Of a stretch of DNA of 64,000 nucleotides, positions 38,238 to 47,045 are shown in pieces (position 1 is the stretch's first letter; each line of letters begins with the position of its first letter). Origin of the DNA: Planctomycetota bacterium. Lineage in GTDB: Bacteria; Planctomycetota; B15-G4; SIAN01. Under the pieces are notes generated by a model. The model was not told the DNA's origin. It saw only the letters and a list, made by a program, of their open reading frames with translations, and did not search any database. The position numbers were made by a program, and so were the translations under genes. The DNA lies in NCBI GenBank assembly GCA_031409275.1, contig JANNXA010000022.1:160001-224000 (forward strand), given 5' to 3'.

Positions 38238-39451
38238 GCGGCGAGTTGCGCCGCGAAGGCCGAGTCGTCGACTTCCGGGTGCGCGCGCTGCCAGTCGTTG
38301 AGGACGACGCGCAGGAACTGCTCCTTCGCCGCGGGCGAGGACCAGCGGATCGCATCGATGGCGCGCTTGGAGGCGGGGAGATCGCCGAGGCCGGCGCACG
38401 CACGCGCTTCGAGCGGAAGCACGACCGACGGCGCCGCGGCGGCCGCGGCCAGCGCTCGGATCCGCTCGAGCGCTTCGTGGAACTGCGCCTGATCCAGCAG
38501 GAGTCGGGCGAGCCGCTCCAATCCGCCAAGGTACTCGGGCCACGCAACGACCAGCTCACGGCGCAGCGCGAGCGTCCTCTCCACGTCGACGCGATGTCGC
38601 TGCGACGTGTGATCCTTCAGCGCGCGCAGCAGCTCATGGCGACGCCGCTCGCGAGCGGCTCGATCGACGTCGCCGTCACGGGTCGCGAGCTGCGCCGCGA
38701 GCAGGTGCGCGCGCGGCTCTTCGGGGTCGAGCGTCAGCGCTTCCGCAACGGCGGCTTCGGCCGCGGAAAAGTCGCTCGCCTCGAGCAGGAGTTCGCCGCG
38801 CGACAGAAGGAAGTTGGCGCGCGTCCCTGGCGGCAGACCGGCGACGGCGAGCGCCTTCGCGTAGCCCTCCAGCGCTTCACCGCGCTTCCCGTTGGACGCC
38901 GCGATGGCGGCAAGCGCTGCGACCGCGAGCGTTCCGCGGCCCGGTTCCGCGCGAACCTGCGGCGCCGCGAGCGCCTCGCGCAACAGCGCCTCCGCCCGCG
39001 CAAGATCGCCAAGTTCGCGTCGAGCGATTCCCTCGCCGCAGGCGGCCATCGGGTCATGCGGATCGACCAGGCGAGCCAGCCGAAACTGCTGCACCGCCGC
39101 GCCGAAACTGCCGCGGCCGTGTCCTTCGAGCAGCAGGAAGCCATGGTCGAGGAGCGCGGGAAGGCAGGCCGGGTCGGCCACGAGCGCCGCTTCAAACAGG
39201 CGGGCCGCCTCGACCACGTCGTCTCGTTGCAGTGCCGCGAGCCCTTGCTGATGCAGCGCGCGCGCCGCCGCCGCGTCGCCCGATCGCGGCGGTGCGAGCG
39301 GCGCATCGAGGATGCTCTCCTCGGTGCGTTCGATGCCAGGCGGTTTCGGTGCGTCAATCGCCGCGTGGTCGCAGGCGATGGCCGCGAGCGGCAGCCACAG
39401 CGCCGCGCCACCAAGCGATCGCCGCCGCCTGGCGCCGCGATTCCAAGTCAC
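38222..39451 (-). CDS. Tetratricopeptide repeat lipoprotein
   Basis: Lipobox-like AIAC; repeated AL..DP TPR motifs; GTG start overlaps the upstream TGA. Confidence 0.75.
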   Translation of the reverse strand: MTWNRGARRRRSLGGAALWLPLAAIACDHAAIDAPKPPGIERTEESILDAPLAPPRSGDAAAARALHQQGLAALQRDDVVEAARLFEAALVADPACLPALLDHGFLLLEGHGRGSFGAAVQQFRLARLVDPHDPMAACGEGIARRELGDLARAEALLREALAAPQVRAEPGRGTLAVAALAAIAASNGKRGEALEGYAKALAVAGLPPGTRANFLLSRGELLLEASDFSAAEAAVAEALTLDPEEPRAHLLAAQLATRDGDVDRAARERRRHELLRALKDHTSQRHRVDVERTLALRRELVVAWPEYLGGLERLARLLLDQAQFHEALERIRALAAAAAAPSVVLPLEARACAGLGDLPASKRAIDAIRWSSPAAKEQFLRVVLNDWQRAHPEVDDSAFAAQLAAWSGS

Positions 39452-41691
39452 TGTCTGGGCCTCGCGACCGTTCGCAGCGTGGCGCTGCCTTCGTCGACTT
39501 CGACGATCGCGTCGACCGGCACCGCTTCGAAGCGCTGCGTCTTCCCGGTGCGTGGCCACGCGACTTCGAGCGCGAGGATGCTGGTGGCATCGCGCAGACC
39601 GAATTCCGCCTGCAGGCTGTTGCCGCCGAAGCTCGAGTTGCCGCCCACCCACTGATGGACGGTGCGCGGCCCGGTCGGCTCCTGGAACGTCACGGCGAGG
39701 CGCGCACCGATGCCGAAGCGGTTCGACTCGCGGCCGATCAGGCGGACCGTGAGCCAGTGCTGGTCGTTGCCCGGATTGCGGAACAGCGCACTCCCGAACG
39801 CGTCGTCGCGCAGCACGCCGCCGATCACGACGAAGAGATCCTCGTCGCCGTCGCCATCGAGATCGCCGATCGCGACGCCGTGCCCCTTCTGGAGGTGGCC
39901 GGTGCCGCTCGCCGTGGTGACGTCCTGGAAGCGGCGTCCCCCCTCGTTGCGCAGCAGCACGTTGGGCCAGAGCGAGGCGAATTCGGGGTCGCCGGTGGCC
40001 AGGTAGAGGTCGGGCCAGCCGTCGTGGTCGAGATCGCCGAAGTTCGACCCCATCGGGAAGGCGACTCGCGCGAGTCCGCGCTCCTGGGTCACGTCGCGGA
40101 AGCCGCCATGGCCGTCGTTTTCGTAGAGGCGCTGCGTGTCGGCGCCGAGGCGGCGCTCGCGAAACCACGCCGCCATCTCGAGCGGACGCGTCGCAGGCGT
40201 CGCGTAGCAGCTCACATAGAGGTCGGGCCAGCCGTCCTGATTGGCGTCGAAGAACCAGCACGAGAAGCTCTTGATCGGCTCGGCGACGCCAAGCTGCGTC
40301 GCGACGTCGATGAACTTGCCGTCGCCTTCGTTCCGGTACAGCCGATTGCGTCCACCGAGGTTCGAGACGTAGAGATCGGGATCGCGATCGCCGTCGTAGT
40401 CGCAGAAGGCGGCGCCTTTGCACAGCGCGTCGTTGCGCACTCCAGCGCGGTCGGTGATCTCCTCGAAGGTGGCGTCGCCGCGATTCTTGAACAGACGGCA
40501 CGGATAGTCCTCGGCCGAACCGGCGCCGAGGCTCTCGTAGCCGAGGAAGAGGTCGAGGTCGCCGTCGAGGTCGATGTCCGCGGTTGCCGACACGAGGCTC
40601 GGCGCCGAGATCTCGATCCCCGCTTCGCGCGTGCGATCGACGAAGGTGCCGTCGGCCTGCTGGATCAGCAGCGAGTTCGGCAGCTCGCCATGGCGATGGA
40701 TCCACGCCCCGCGCTGGACCAGCAGGTCGAGCCGGCGATCGCCATTCCAGTCGTGAGCGAAGCACTGGAACCCGCCGAGCTGGCCGGCGAGTCCCGCAGC
40801 CTCGGAGCGGTCGACGAAGGTGCCGTCGGGTTGCTGCACGAAGTAGCCGAGCGGATCCTCCGGCGCGGAGGAGGTCACCACCACGTCGAGCCGCCCGTCG
40901 CCGTCGATGTCATCCATGACCGCGCCGCCGGCGAGGCCGCAGGTCGCCAGGCCGAGCTCCTGCGCAGCGTCGGCGAAACGGGCGAACGGCGCCTCGGACT
41001 CGAACGCCGCCGCCGGCAATCGCCACGCTACGGGCAGCGCGTCGGGCCAGCTGCCGAGCGTCATGTGGGCGATGTTGAAGAGCCAGAGCGAACGCAGGTC
41101 GCCGGGGTCGGCCCGCAGCAGCGGCGCGAGCAGCGCGATGGCCGCTTCGCTGCCGCGGCGATCCTGGTGCAGCGCCGCCGGTGCGAACGGGACGATGCAG
41201 CTTTGCGGTCCATGCGCGGTGACGCAGTTGTCGCGCTCCGCCTGGCGCAGCGCGACGATCGCGAGCTGGCGCGTCACCGCGATCTCCGCCTCGACGGCGC
41301 CCGCCGCTTGCGCGGCCCGTCGGCACGCGTCGTACTCGCGGCGCGCGCCATCGAGGTCGCCATCCGAGAGCAGCGCGTCCGCCAACGCGTAACGCAGGTC
41401 GAAACGCACGTCGTCTCCCGCGTCTGCGGGCAGCTGCGCGAGTCGCGCCGGCAACTCGCGCAACGCGGCGCGTCCGTAGAGGAGCGCATCGCTCTCGCGC
41501 AATCGTGCGCCGAGGTCGCGCAGCAGCACCGACTTGCGGTCGGTGAGCGGCGGCAACGATGGATCGCGCTGACGCGGGCGACGCATGCCGCACGTGTCCT
41601 GGAGCGGGATGGAAAGCGGCGGCTGCTGTCCCGGCAAAGGATCTGCGATCGACAACGACGCCGCCCCAAGCGCCAGCCGGGCGAGCTTCAT
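39448..41691 (-). CDS. CRTAC1 family protein with a helical N-terminal domain
   Basis: ERDNC...SCIVPF, WLFNIAHMTLG, DxDxDG repeats, GHLQKGHG, ESNRFGIGARL, GGNSL. Confidence 0.9.
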   Translation of the reverse strand: MKLARLALGAASLSIADPLPGQQPPLSIPLQDTCGMRRPRQRDPSLPPLTDRKSVLLRDLGARLRESDALLYGRAALRELPARLAQLPADAGDDVRFDLRYALADALLSDGDLDGARREYDACRRAAQAAGAVEAEIAVTRQLAIVALRQAERDNCVTAHGPQSCIVPFAPAALHQDRRGSEAAIALLAPLLRADPGDLRSLWLFNIAHMTLGSWPDALPVAWRLPAAAFESEAPFARFADAAQELGLATCGLAGGAVMDDIDGDGRLDVVVTSSAPEDPLGYFVQQPDGTFVDRSEAAGLAGQLGGFQCFAHDWNGDRRLDLLVQRGAWIHRHGELPNSLLIQQADGTFVDRTREAGIEISAPSLVSATADIDLDGDLDLFLGYESLGAGSAEDYPCRLFKNRGDATFEEITDRAGVRNDALCKGAAFCDYDGDRDPDLYVSNLGGRNRLYRNEGDGKFIDVATQLGVAEPIKSFSCWFFDANQDGWPDLYVSCYATPATRPLEMAAWFRERRLGADTQRLYENDGHGGFRDVTQERGLARVAFPMGSNFGDLDHDGWPDLYLATGDPEFASLWPNVLLRNEGGRRFQDVTTASGTGHLQKGHGVAIGDLDGDGDEDLFVVIGGVLRDDAFGSALFRNPGNDQHWLTVRLIGRESNRFGIGARLAVTFQEPTGPRTVHQWVGGNSSFGGNSLQAEFGLRDATSILALEVAWPRTGKTQRFEAVPVDAIVEVDEGSATLRTVARPRQ

Positions 41692-41716
41692 CGAGAGCGG
41701 TCGCAAGCGCGGCGGC

Positions 41717-43675
41717 TCAGCGAATCGTCAGGTCGACGCGATTGGTGATGGCGCCGGCTTTCGGCTTGTAGCGGTCGACCACCAGCGATTGCAGGTAGAC
41801 GTCGATGCCGATCAGCGAGGAATCGTCGGGAACGTCGAGCGCGAGCGAGCGCGCACCCGTCGCGTCGACGGCTCCGATGTCGAGCAGCAGCGCGAGGCCG
41901 AAGTCGATGGTGAAGGTGCCAAACGGCGCGAACGGCAGGCTGCCGATCGCCGTGCTGCCGAAGAGCCAGGCGTCGCTCCCCTGCGTTCCCGTGGTGTCGA
42001 ACTGCAGCGTCGTGTTGATGATCGGCTCGCCGCGGACCAGCAGCGTGTAGGGAGGCACGCCCCACAGTTCGAGGTCGGCGACGTCCCATTCGATGTCGAC
42101 GCCGTCGGCGGCGCCGGTCGCGCTGCCCACCAGTCGCACCGAGAGATTCGCGAGGTCGCCCCAGATCAGCGTCGGAGCGCCATCGATGGCCGCTCCCTTG
42201 CTCACCAGCGCGCTCACCTCGCGCCACGCGGCCGGGTCGGGGACCGCAAGCACCGGGATCGCGCCACCCGCGCTGCCGACGATCGGCACCACCGTGTTCC
42301 AATCCTGCGAGGTCGAACCGGGCGCCGAGAAGGTGCCGTCGACGGACGCTTCGAGCCGATAGGTGTCGTCCTGGATCGGGCCCGTCGTCCGGTAGCGCAC
42401 CCGAACCACGATCTGCTGCAGCAGCCCGCGCGGGGTCGCGTCGAATCCGGCAAGGCGCAACTCCTGCGAGCCGGCCGGGACGAGCGCGCCGACGTCATCC
42501 TGAACGAACGCGGAAGTGCCATTGCGCGCGCCGCCCCCAAGGTCGGTCGCGCTCGACGCCGTCCGCGTGCCGAGGCGCTGCACGAATCCGAAACGACGCG
42601 TCTCGCCGTCACCGTCCGCGGTGACGCCGCCGAGTCCCTGCCACACCTTCTCTTCGTGCAGGTCGTAGCCGCGCTTCTTCGGATGGATCGCGTCGAGCCC
42701 GAAGAAGCTGCAGATCAGGTCATCCTCGCCGACGATCGTGCCGGACACCGGATCGAGGTGCTCGTAATCGGGCCACACCTCGGCGATGGCGACGCGCCGC
42801 CGTTGTCCCCACGCCACGTCTCGCAGCACCTGGTTCCACACCGCGCCCCACTCGTTGTGGAAGGCGTTGTTGCCGCCTTTGTTGTCGTAGACCGTGTTGA
42901 GGATCACGTCGACGTCGGGCAACTCGGTCTGCAGGGTGGAGAGCAGTTCCTGCACGTTCTGGCGGGCGGCGACCAGATTCGCCGCGGTCCTGGCGTGGTC
43001 CCCGTCATCAGCGAGGAAGTCGTTGCCGCCGATCGAGATCGTGACCAGCTGCGCGTTGGCGGCGATGGCGTCGAAGAGGTTGCCGCTCTTGCCCGGATCG
43101 AGCAGATCGAAGGTCGTGTAGCCCAGCACGGCTTCCTTCTGGAGCCGCGCGCTGCCGGCGCGATCGAGTTTCGCGGTAGTGAGCGGCGTCACGTAGTCGT
43201 TCTTGCCGCCGACCGAGTCGCACAGGTTGAAGCCGAAGGCGATCGAATCGCCGAGCGCCACGTGCAGCAGCGGGGCCGCGCCGCTCGACGAGCGCAAGTG
43301 GCCGACCAGCAGGTCGAGCAACGCGGGCCGGCGGCGCCCCTGCGGATAGTCGGGGATCGGATCGGCGTCGCCGCCAAGATCCTGGTAGGCGAAGCGCCAG
43401 TCGGCGCCGAGCGCCACGTCGAGCAGGTACTTCGAGCCGTTGATCGGGTTGAAGGAGAAGGCGCCGTCGGGACCGGTCACCACCGTCACGTCGAAGGCGC
43501 CGTCGTCGCCGTAGAGCGTGACGGAGCGTCCGGCCAGGAGCGGCTCGCCCGGATCGAGGAGTCCATCGCGATCGAGGTCGTGGAAGAGTGCTCCGTCGAT
43601 CGCCTGGCCCTGCACCGACGGGGTCAGCAGGGTCCCGACGATCAGAAGGGGAAGCGTACGGGGGATGAGGGTCAC
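41717..43675 (-). CDS. Secreted SGNH/GDSL hydrolase with an SdrD-B-like N-terminal domain and a C-terminal beta domain
   Basis: FHDLDRDGLLDPGEP (SdrD-B-like); ALGDSI, IGGND, DAIHP (SGNH blocks); RBS GAGGA. Confidence 0.85.
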   Translation of the reverse strand: MTLIPRTLPLLIVGTLLTPSVQGQAIDGALFHDLDRDGLLDPGEPLLAGRSVTLYGDDGAFDVTVVTGPDGAFSFNPINGSKYLLDVALGADWRFAYQDLGGDADPIPDYPQGRRRPALLDLLVGHLRSSSGAAPLLHVALGDSIAFGFNLCDSVGGKNDYVTPLTTAKLDRAGSARLQKEAVLGYTTFDLLDPGKSGNLFDAIAANAQLVTISIGGNDFLADDGDHARTAANLVAARQNVQELLSTLQTELPDVDVILNTVYDNKGGNNAFHNEWGAVWNQVLRDVAWGQRRRVAIAEVWPDYEHLDPVSGTIVGEDDLICSFFGLDAIHPKKRGYDLHEEKVWQGLGGVTADGDGETRRFGFVQRLGTRTASSATDLGGGARNGTSAFVQDDVGALVPAGSQELRLAGFDATPRGLLQQIVVRVRYRTTGPIQDDTYRLEASVDGTFSAPGSTSQDWNTVVPIVGSAGGAIPVLAVPDPAAWREVSALVSKGAAIDGAPTLIWGDLANLSVRLVGSATGAADGVDIEWDVADLELWGVPPYTLLVRGEPIINTTLQFDTTGTQGSDAWLFGSTAIGSLPFAPFGTFTIDFGLALLLDIGAVDATGARSLALDVPDDSSLIGIDVYLQSLVVDRYKPKAGAITNRVDLTIR

Positions 43676-43798
43676 GGAAGTTCCTCGAGGAGGGGCGGCG
43701 AGGTGACGGGAGAACGCGGCCGGGACGATCGCCGAGAATGATCGCGACCGGGCGCGGACGGCGGAAGGGTGTGCTTGCGGCGGGCCTCGCCGGCGACG

Positions 43799-44725
43799 TC
43801 ACTCCTTCGCGGCGCGCTCGGAGGTGGCCGTGTACTTGCCGAGCTTGGCGACGTAGTGCTTCTGGTTCTTCGCGAACCACTTGTCCCAGTCGCGCTTCTC
43901 GTCCCGACTCCAATCTGGCAGCGCGTCGGCGCCCTGCTTCAGCGCGGACTTCGCCAGCGCATCGCGCAGCGTCGGGCCGGTCGGGTCGGGGCCACCGAAT
44001 CGGCCCTCGCCGATCGGCGCGACGCCAAGTCGCTCCACCACGATCTGCGCGCCCTTGCGCGCGCCGTGGCGCAACAGCCCATCGACCGTCGCCTGCAAGA
44101 GCGGTTCGTTCCAGCGCGAAAGCGTCGGCAGCAGTTCGCCCAGCGCCGCCACGCCGCGGTCATCCGCAAGCGGCGCGAGCGCGTTCACGACTTCGAGCGC
44201 GAGGCCGTTCAACTCTGTCCGTCGCTTGTTCCGTTCGATCGCCTTGGGGTCCTCCGGCTCGGTCGCGCCGCCCGCACCACCGCCCGCACCACCGCCCGCA
44301 CCACCGCCCGCACCACCCCGCCCGCCGCCCCAATCGCCACGGCCGTAGGGCATCTTCGCGAGTTCCTTCGACGTGGCCTCGAGCGCGCCGATCAGCGCTG
44401 GAATGGCGACGTCGGCGTGCATCTTCGCCAGTCGCTTCGCCGCTTCGGTTCCGACCGCCGCGGCTTCGTCATCGAGCGCACTCGCGACGAGCTTGGCAGC
44501 GTCGAGCGACGGGCCGAACGGCCGCGCGGCGTCAAGCTCCGCGAGCTGGCCGATCGCTGCGCTGCGGTCGAACAGGTCCTTCGACTTGAGCCGAGCCGCG
44601 AACTCTGCGAGCGCCGATGCCTCCGCTTTCTGATGCACGGCGCACGGCGCCGTCGGCTTGCAGTCGGGGCACTCCTGCGCGCTGCCAATCCACGCGAGGC
44701 AGAGGGTGAGCAGCCAAGCGAACAT
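43799..44725 (-). CDS. Secreted HEAT-repeat protein with a Gly-rich insert
   Basis: Signal peptide, CPDC..PC..H, HEAT-like helices, C-terminal WDKWFAKN; RBS AAGGAG. Confidence 0.7.
   Translation of the reverse strand: MFAWLLTLCLAWIGSAQECPDCKPTAPCAVHQKAEASALAEFAARLKSKDLFDRSAAIGQLAELDAARPFGPSLDAAKLVASALDDEAAAVGTEAAKRLAKMHADVAIPALIGALEATSKELAKMPYGRGDWGGGRGGAGGGAGGGAGGGAGGATEPEDPKAIERNKRRTELNGLALEVVNALAPLADDRGVAALGELLPTLSRWNEPLLQATVDGLLRHGARKGAQIVVERLGVAPIGEGRFGGPDPTGPTLRDALAKSALKQGADALPDWSRDEKRDWDKWFAKNQKHYVAKLGKYTATSERAAKE
44270..44317. repeat. Tandem repeat, 4 exact copies of the 12-bp unit GCCCGCACCACC (encodes GGAG x4)
   Basis: Direct reading of the sequence. Confidence 0.9.
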
Positions 44726-44850
44726 CGCGATCTCCTTCGCAGAGCCCCGCGCGCAGCGGCGCAACCAGCCGACTCGCGACGATAGCCCCGTGCGCGGCGC
44801 GCCGCGGCGTCAACGAAGGAGCGGTGCAGCGAATGACGAAAGGATGACGC

Positions 44851-46923
44851 TCACCAGATCTTCACTTGCTCCTTTTCGTCGCGCCACATCGGCGCGCCTG
44901 GCGCGACCGCGAACGCCTGATGGAACTGCGGCACGTTGGCGAAGGGGCCGTTCACCCGCCACTTCGCAGGCGAATGGACATCGGAGAGGAGCTGCTGGCG
45001 CAGCCGCTCGTCGCGTTGGTGGCCGAGCCATCCGAGCGCATAGCCGAGGAAGTAGCGCTGCACCGGCGTCAGGCCCGCGATCGACTTGCCTTCGCGGTAC
45101 TGCGCCGTCTTCTTGAAGGCGTCGAGTCCCAGCACGACGCCGCCGAAGTCGGCGATGTTCTCGCCGAGCGTCGCTTCGCCGTTGATGAACAACCCGGGCA
45201 GCGGCTCGTACGCCGCGAACTGCTTCACCATCACCTGCGCGCGCGCGTTGAATTGCGCTGCATCCTCCGCCGTCCACCAATCGGCGAGATTGCCGGCGAT
45301 GTCGAACTGCCGCCCTTCGTCGTCGAAGCCGTGGGTGATCTCGTGGCCGATGGTGCTGGCGCCGGCGTAGCCGTAGACGAGCGCATCGTCGGCGTCTTCA
45401 TCGCGCAGCCCGGGGATCAGGAAGATCCCGGCCGGCAGCACGATCTCGTTGTTCGACGGGTTGTAGTAGGCGTTGTAGGTCTGCGGCGTCATCTCCCACT
45501 CGTCGCGATCGACCGGCTTGCCGAACTTCGCGACGTCGCGGCCGAACTCGAAGCGCGCGGCGTTCATCATGTTCTGCGCGAAGCTCTCGCGCCCGACGAC
45601 CAGCTTCGTGCAGTCCTTCCAGCGGTCGGGATAGCCGACCTTCTTCTTCATCGTGTCGAGCTTGGCGAGCGCCTTCTCCTTGGTGGCCTGGCTCATCCAG
45701 TCGAGGTGGAGGAGGTGCTCGCGATAGGTGGCGCGGATCGATTCGACGAGGTCGACGTAGCGTTGCTTGGTGCGCGCCGAGAAGTAGTCGCGCACGAAGA
45801 GGCGCCCGACCACCATCCCCATCGCCCGTTCCTGCGCATCGAGCACACGCTTCCAGCGCGGTCGCTGCTCCTTCGCGCCTTGCAGCGTGCGTCCGTAGAA
45901 GGCGAAGTGCTCGACGTCGAAGTCGCGGCTGAGGTAGGCGGCGAACTCGTGCAGCAGGTGGACGCGCAGGTAGTCCTGCAGCAGCGCAAGCGGCGTCGCC
46001 TGCAGCAGCGCGTCGACCGCCACGAAGAACTCAGGTTGTCCGACGATCACGCTGTCCGCTGCGGCAAGGCCGTGCACGTCGAGCAGCGCGCGCCAGTCGC
46101 AATGCGGCGCGTACTCGCGGAACAGCTCCACCGACATCTTGTGGTAGTTCGCATACGGGTCGCGCAGCGCCTCGAGCGGCTTGCTCGCCTGCGCCAGCGC
46201 CGTCTCGAACGCCAGGATCGCCGCGCCGGCGCTCTCCGCCTCCGCAGCCGGTCGTCCGAGGAGCGTCAGGAGGCGCGCGACGTGATGCGGATACTCGGCG
46301 CGCACAGCCGCGACGCCGGGTTCGTCGTTGAAGTAGTAGTCGCGTTCAGGCAGGCCGAGACCGCCCTGCGAGAGTTGCACCGCGATCACGTCGCTCTGCT
46401 TGGCGTCCTGGCTGATGCCCAGCGACCAGAACGCTTCGACGCCGATCTGCTGCAACTCGTTCGCGAGCGTCACCACGCCGGTCGCATCGCGCAGCGCATC
46501 GATCTTCGCGAACAGCGCGGCGAGCGGCGCCGCGCCCTCGGCGTTGATCCGTGTTTCGTCCATCGCGACGCTCCAGAAGTCGCCGAGCTTCTGCTCGTCG
46601 CTGCCAGGGGCACCGTTCGCGCGAGTCGCCTGCTCGTTCAACGTCCGCTTGATCGCGTAGAGCTCCTCGTTCACGAGGTGGCCGATGGTCCACGCCGCTT
46701 CGCTCGGCGGAATCGGGTTGCGCTTCATCCAGCCGCCGTTGGCGTACTGGAAGAAGTCGACGCCGGGATCGACACTCGGGTCGAGGTTGGTCGCGAGCAG
46801 GTCGGCCGTGGCCAAAGTGGCGGTCTCCGTCGCGGCGCGATTCCCCACCGCTCCCGAATCGGGGGCGCCGCAGCTTGCGGCCAGTCCCAGCAGCGGCAGT
46901 TCGAGAGGCAATCGGCGACGCAT
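44851..46923 (-). CDS. M13 family metallopeptidase (PepO/neprilysin-like), lipoprotein
   Basis: DFFQYANGGW, NAYY, IGHEITHGFDD (HExxH), GENIAD, HSP; lipobox-like AASC. Confidence 0.95.
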   Translation of the reverse strand: MRRRLPLELPLLGLAASCGAPDSGAVGNRAATETATLATADLLATNLDPSVDPGVDFFQYANGGWMKRNPIPPSEAAWTIGHLVNEELYAIKRTLNEQATRANGAPGSDEQKLGDFWSVAMDETRINAEGAAPLAALFAKIDALRDATGVVTLANELQQIGVEAFWSLGISQDAKQSDVIAVQLSQGGLGLPERDYYFNDEPGVAAVRAEYPHHVARLLTLLGRPAAEAESAGAAILAFETALAQASKPLEALRDPYANYHKMSVELFREYAPHCDWRALLDVHGLAAADSVIVGQPEFFVAVDALLQATPLALLQDYLRVHLLHEFAAYLSRDFDVEHFAFYGRTLQGAKEQRPRWKRVLDAQERAMGMVVGRLFVRDYFSARTKQRYVDLVESIRATYREHLLHLDWMSQATKEKALAKLDTMKKKVGYPDRWKDCTKLVVGRESFAQNMMNAARFEFGRDVAKFGKPVDRDEWEMTPQTYNAYYNPSNNEIVLPAGIFLIPGLRDEDADDALVYGYAGASTIGHEITHGFDDEGRQFDIAGNLADWWTAEDAAQFNARAQVMVKQFAAYEPLPGLFINGEATLGENIADFGGVVLGLDAFKKTAQYREGKSIAGLTPVQRYFLGYALGWLGHQRDERLRQQLLSDVHSPAKWRVNGPFANVPQFHQAFAVAPGAPMWRDEKEQVKIW

Positions 46924-47045
46924 GAGTGGACTCCATGGGGAGCAGCGCAACGGCGGCGATGGTAACTCCGCAATGCCGGCGCCTCGACCGGGCCGGCTCG
47001 ACGTACGATCACCGGTCGGTTCTTTCCATGCGAGGCGACCCTGCG

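Noticed and set aside
36561..41691. Recurrent gtcgccgtcg/DxDxDG nucleotide similarities as DNA repeats
   Set aside because: They are explained by protein-level FG-GAP/VCBS calcium-binding repeats.
44270..44317. Direct repeats as a possible CRISPR array
   Set aside because: The 12-bp units are contiguous with no spacers, lie in frame within a CDS, and there are no cas genes.
46950..47015. GGCGATGG start resembling a fluoride riboswitch
   Set aside because: The downstream pairing and conserved 3' elements are absent. The region is better explained by divergent -10 elements.
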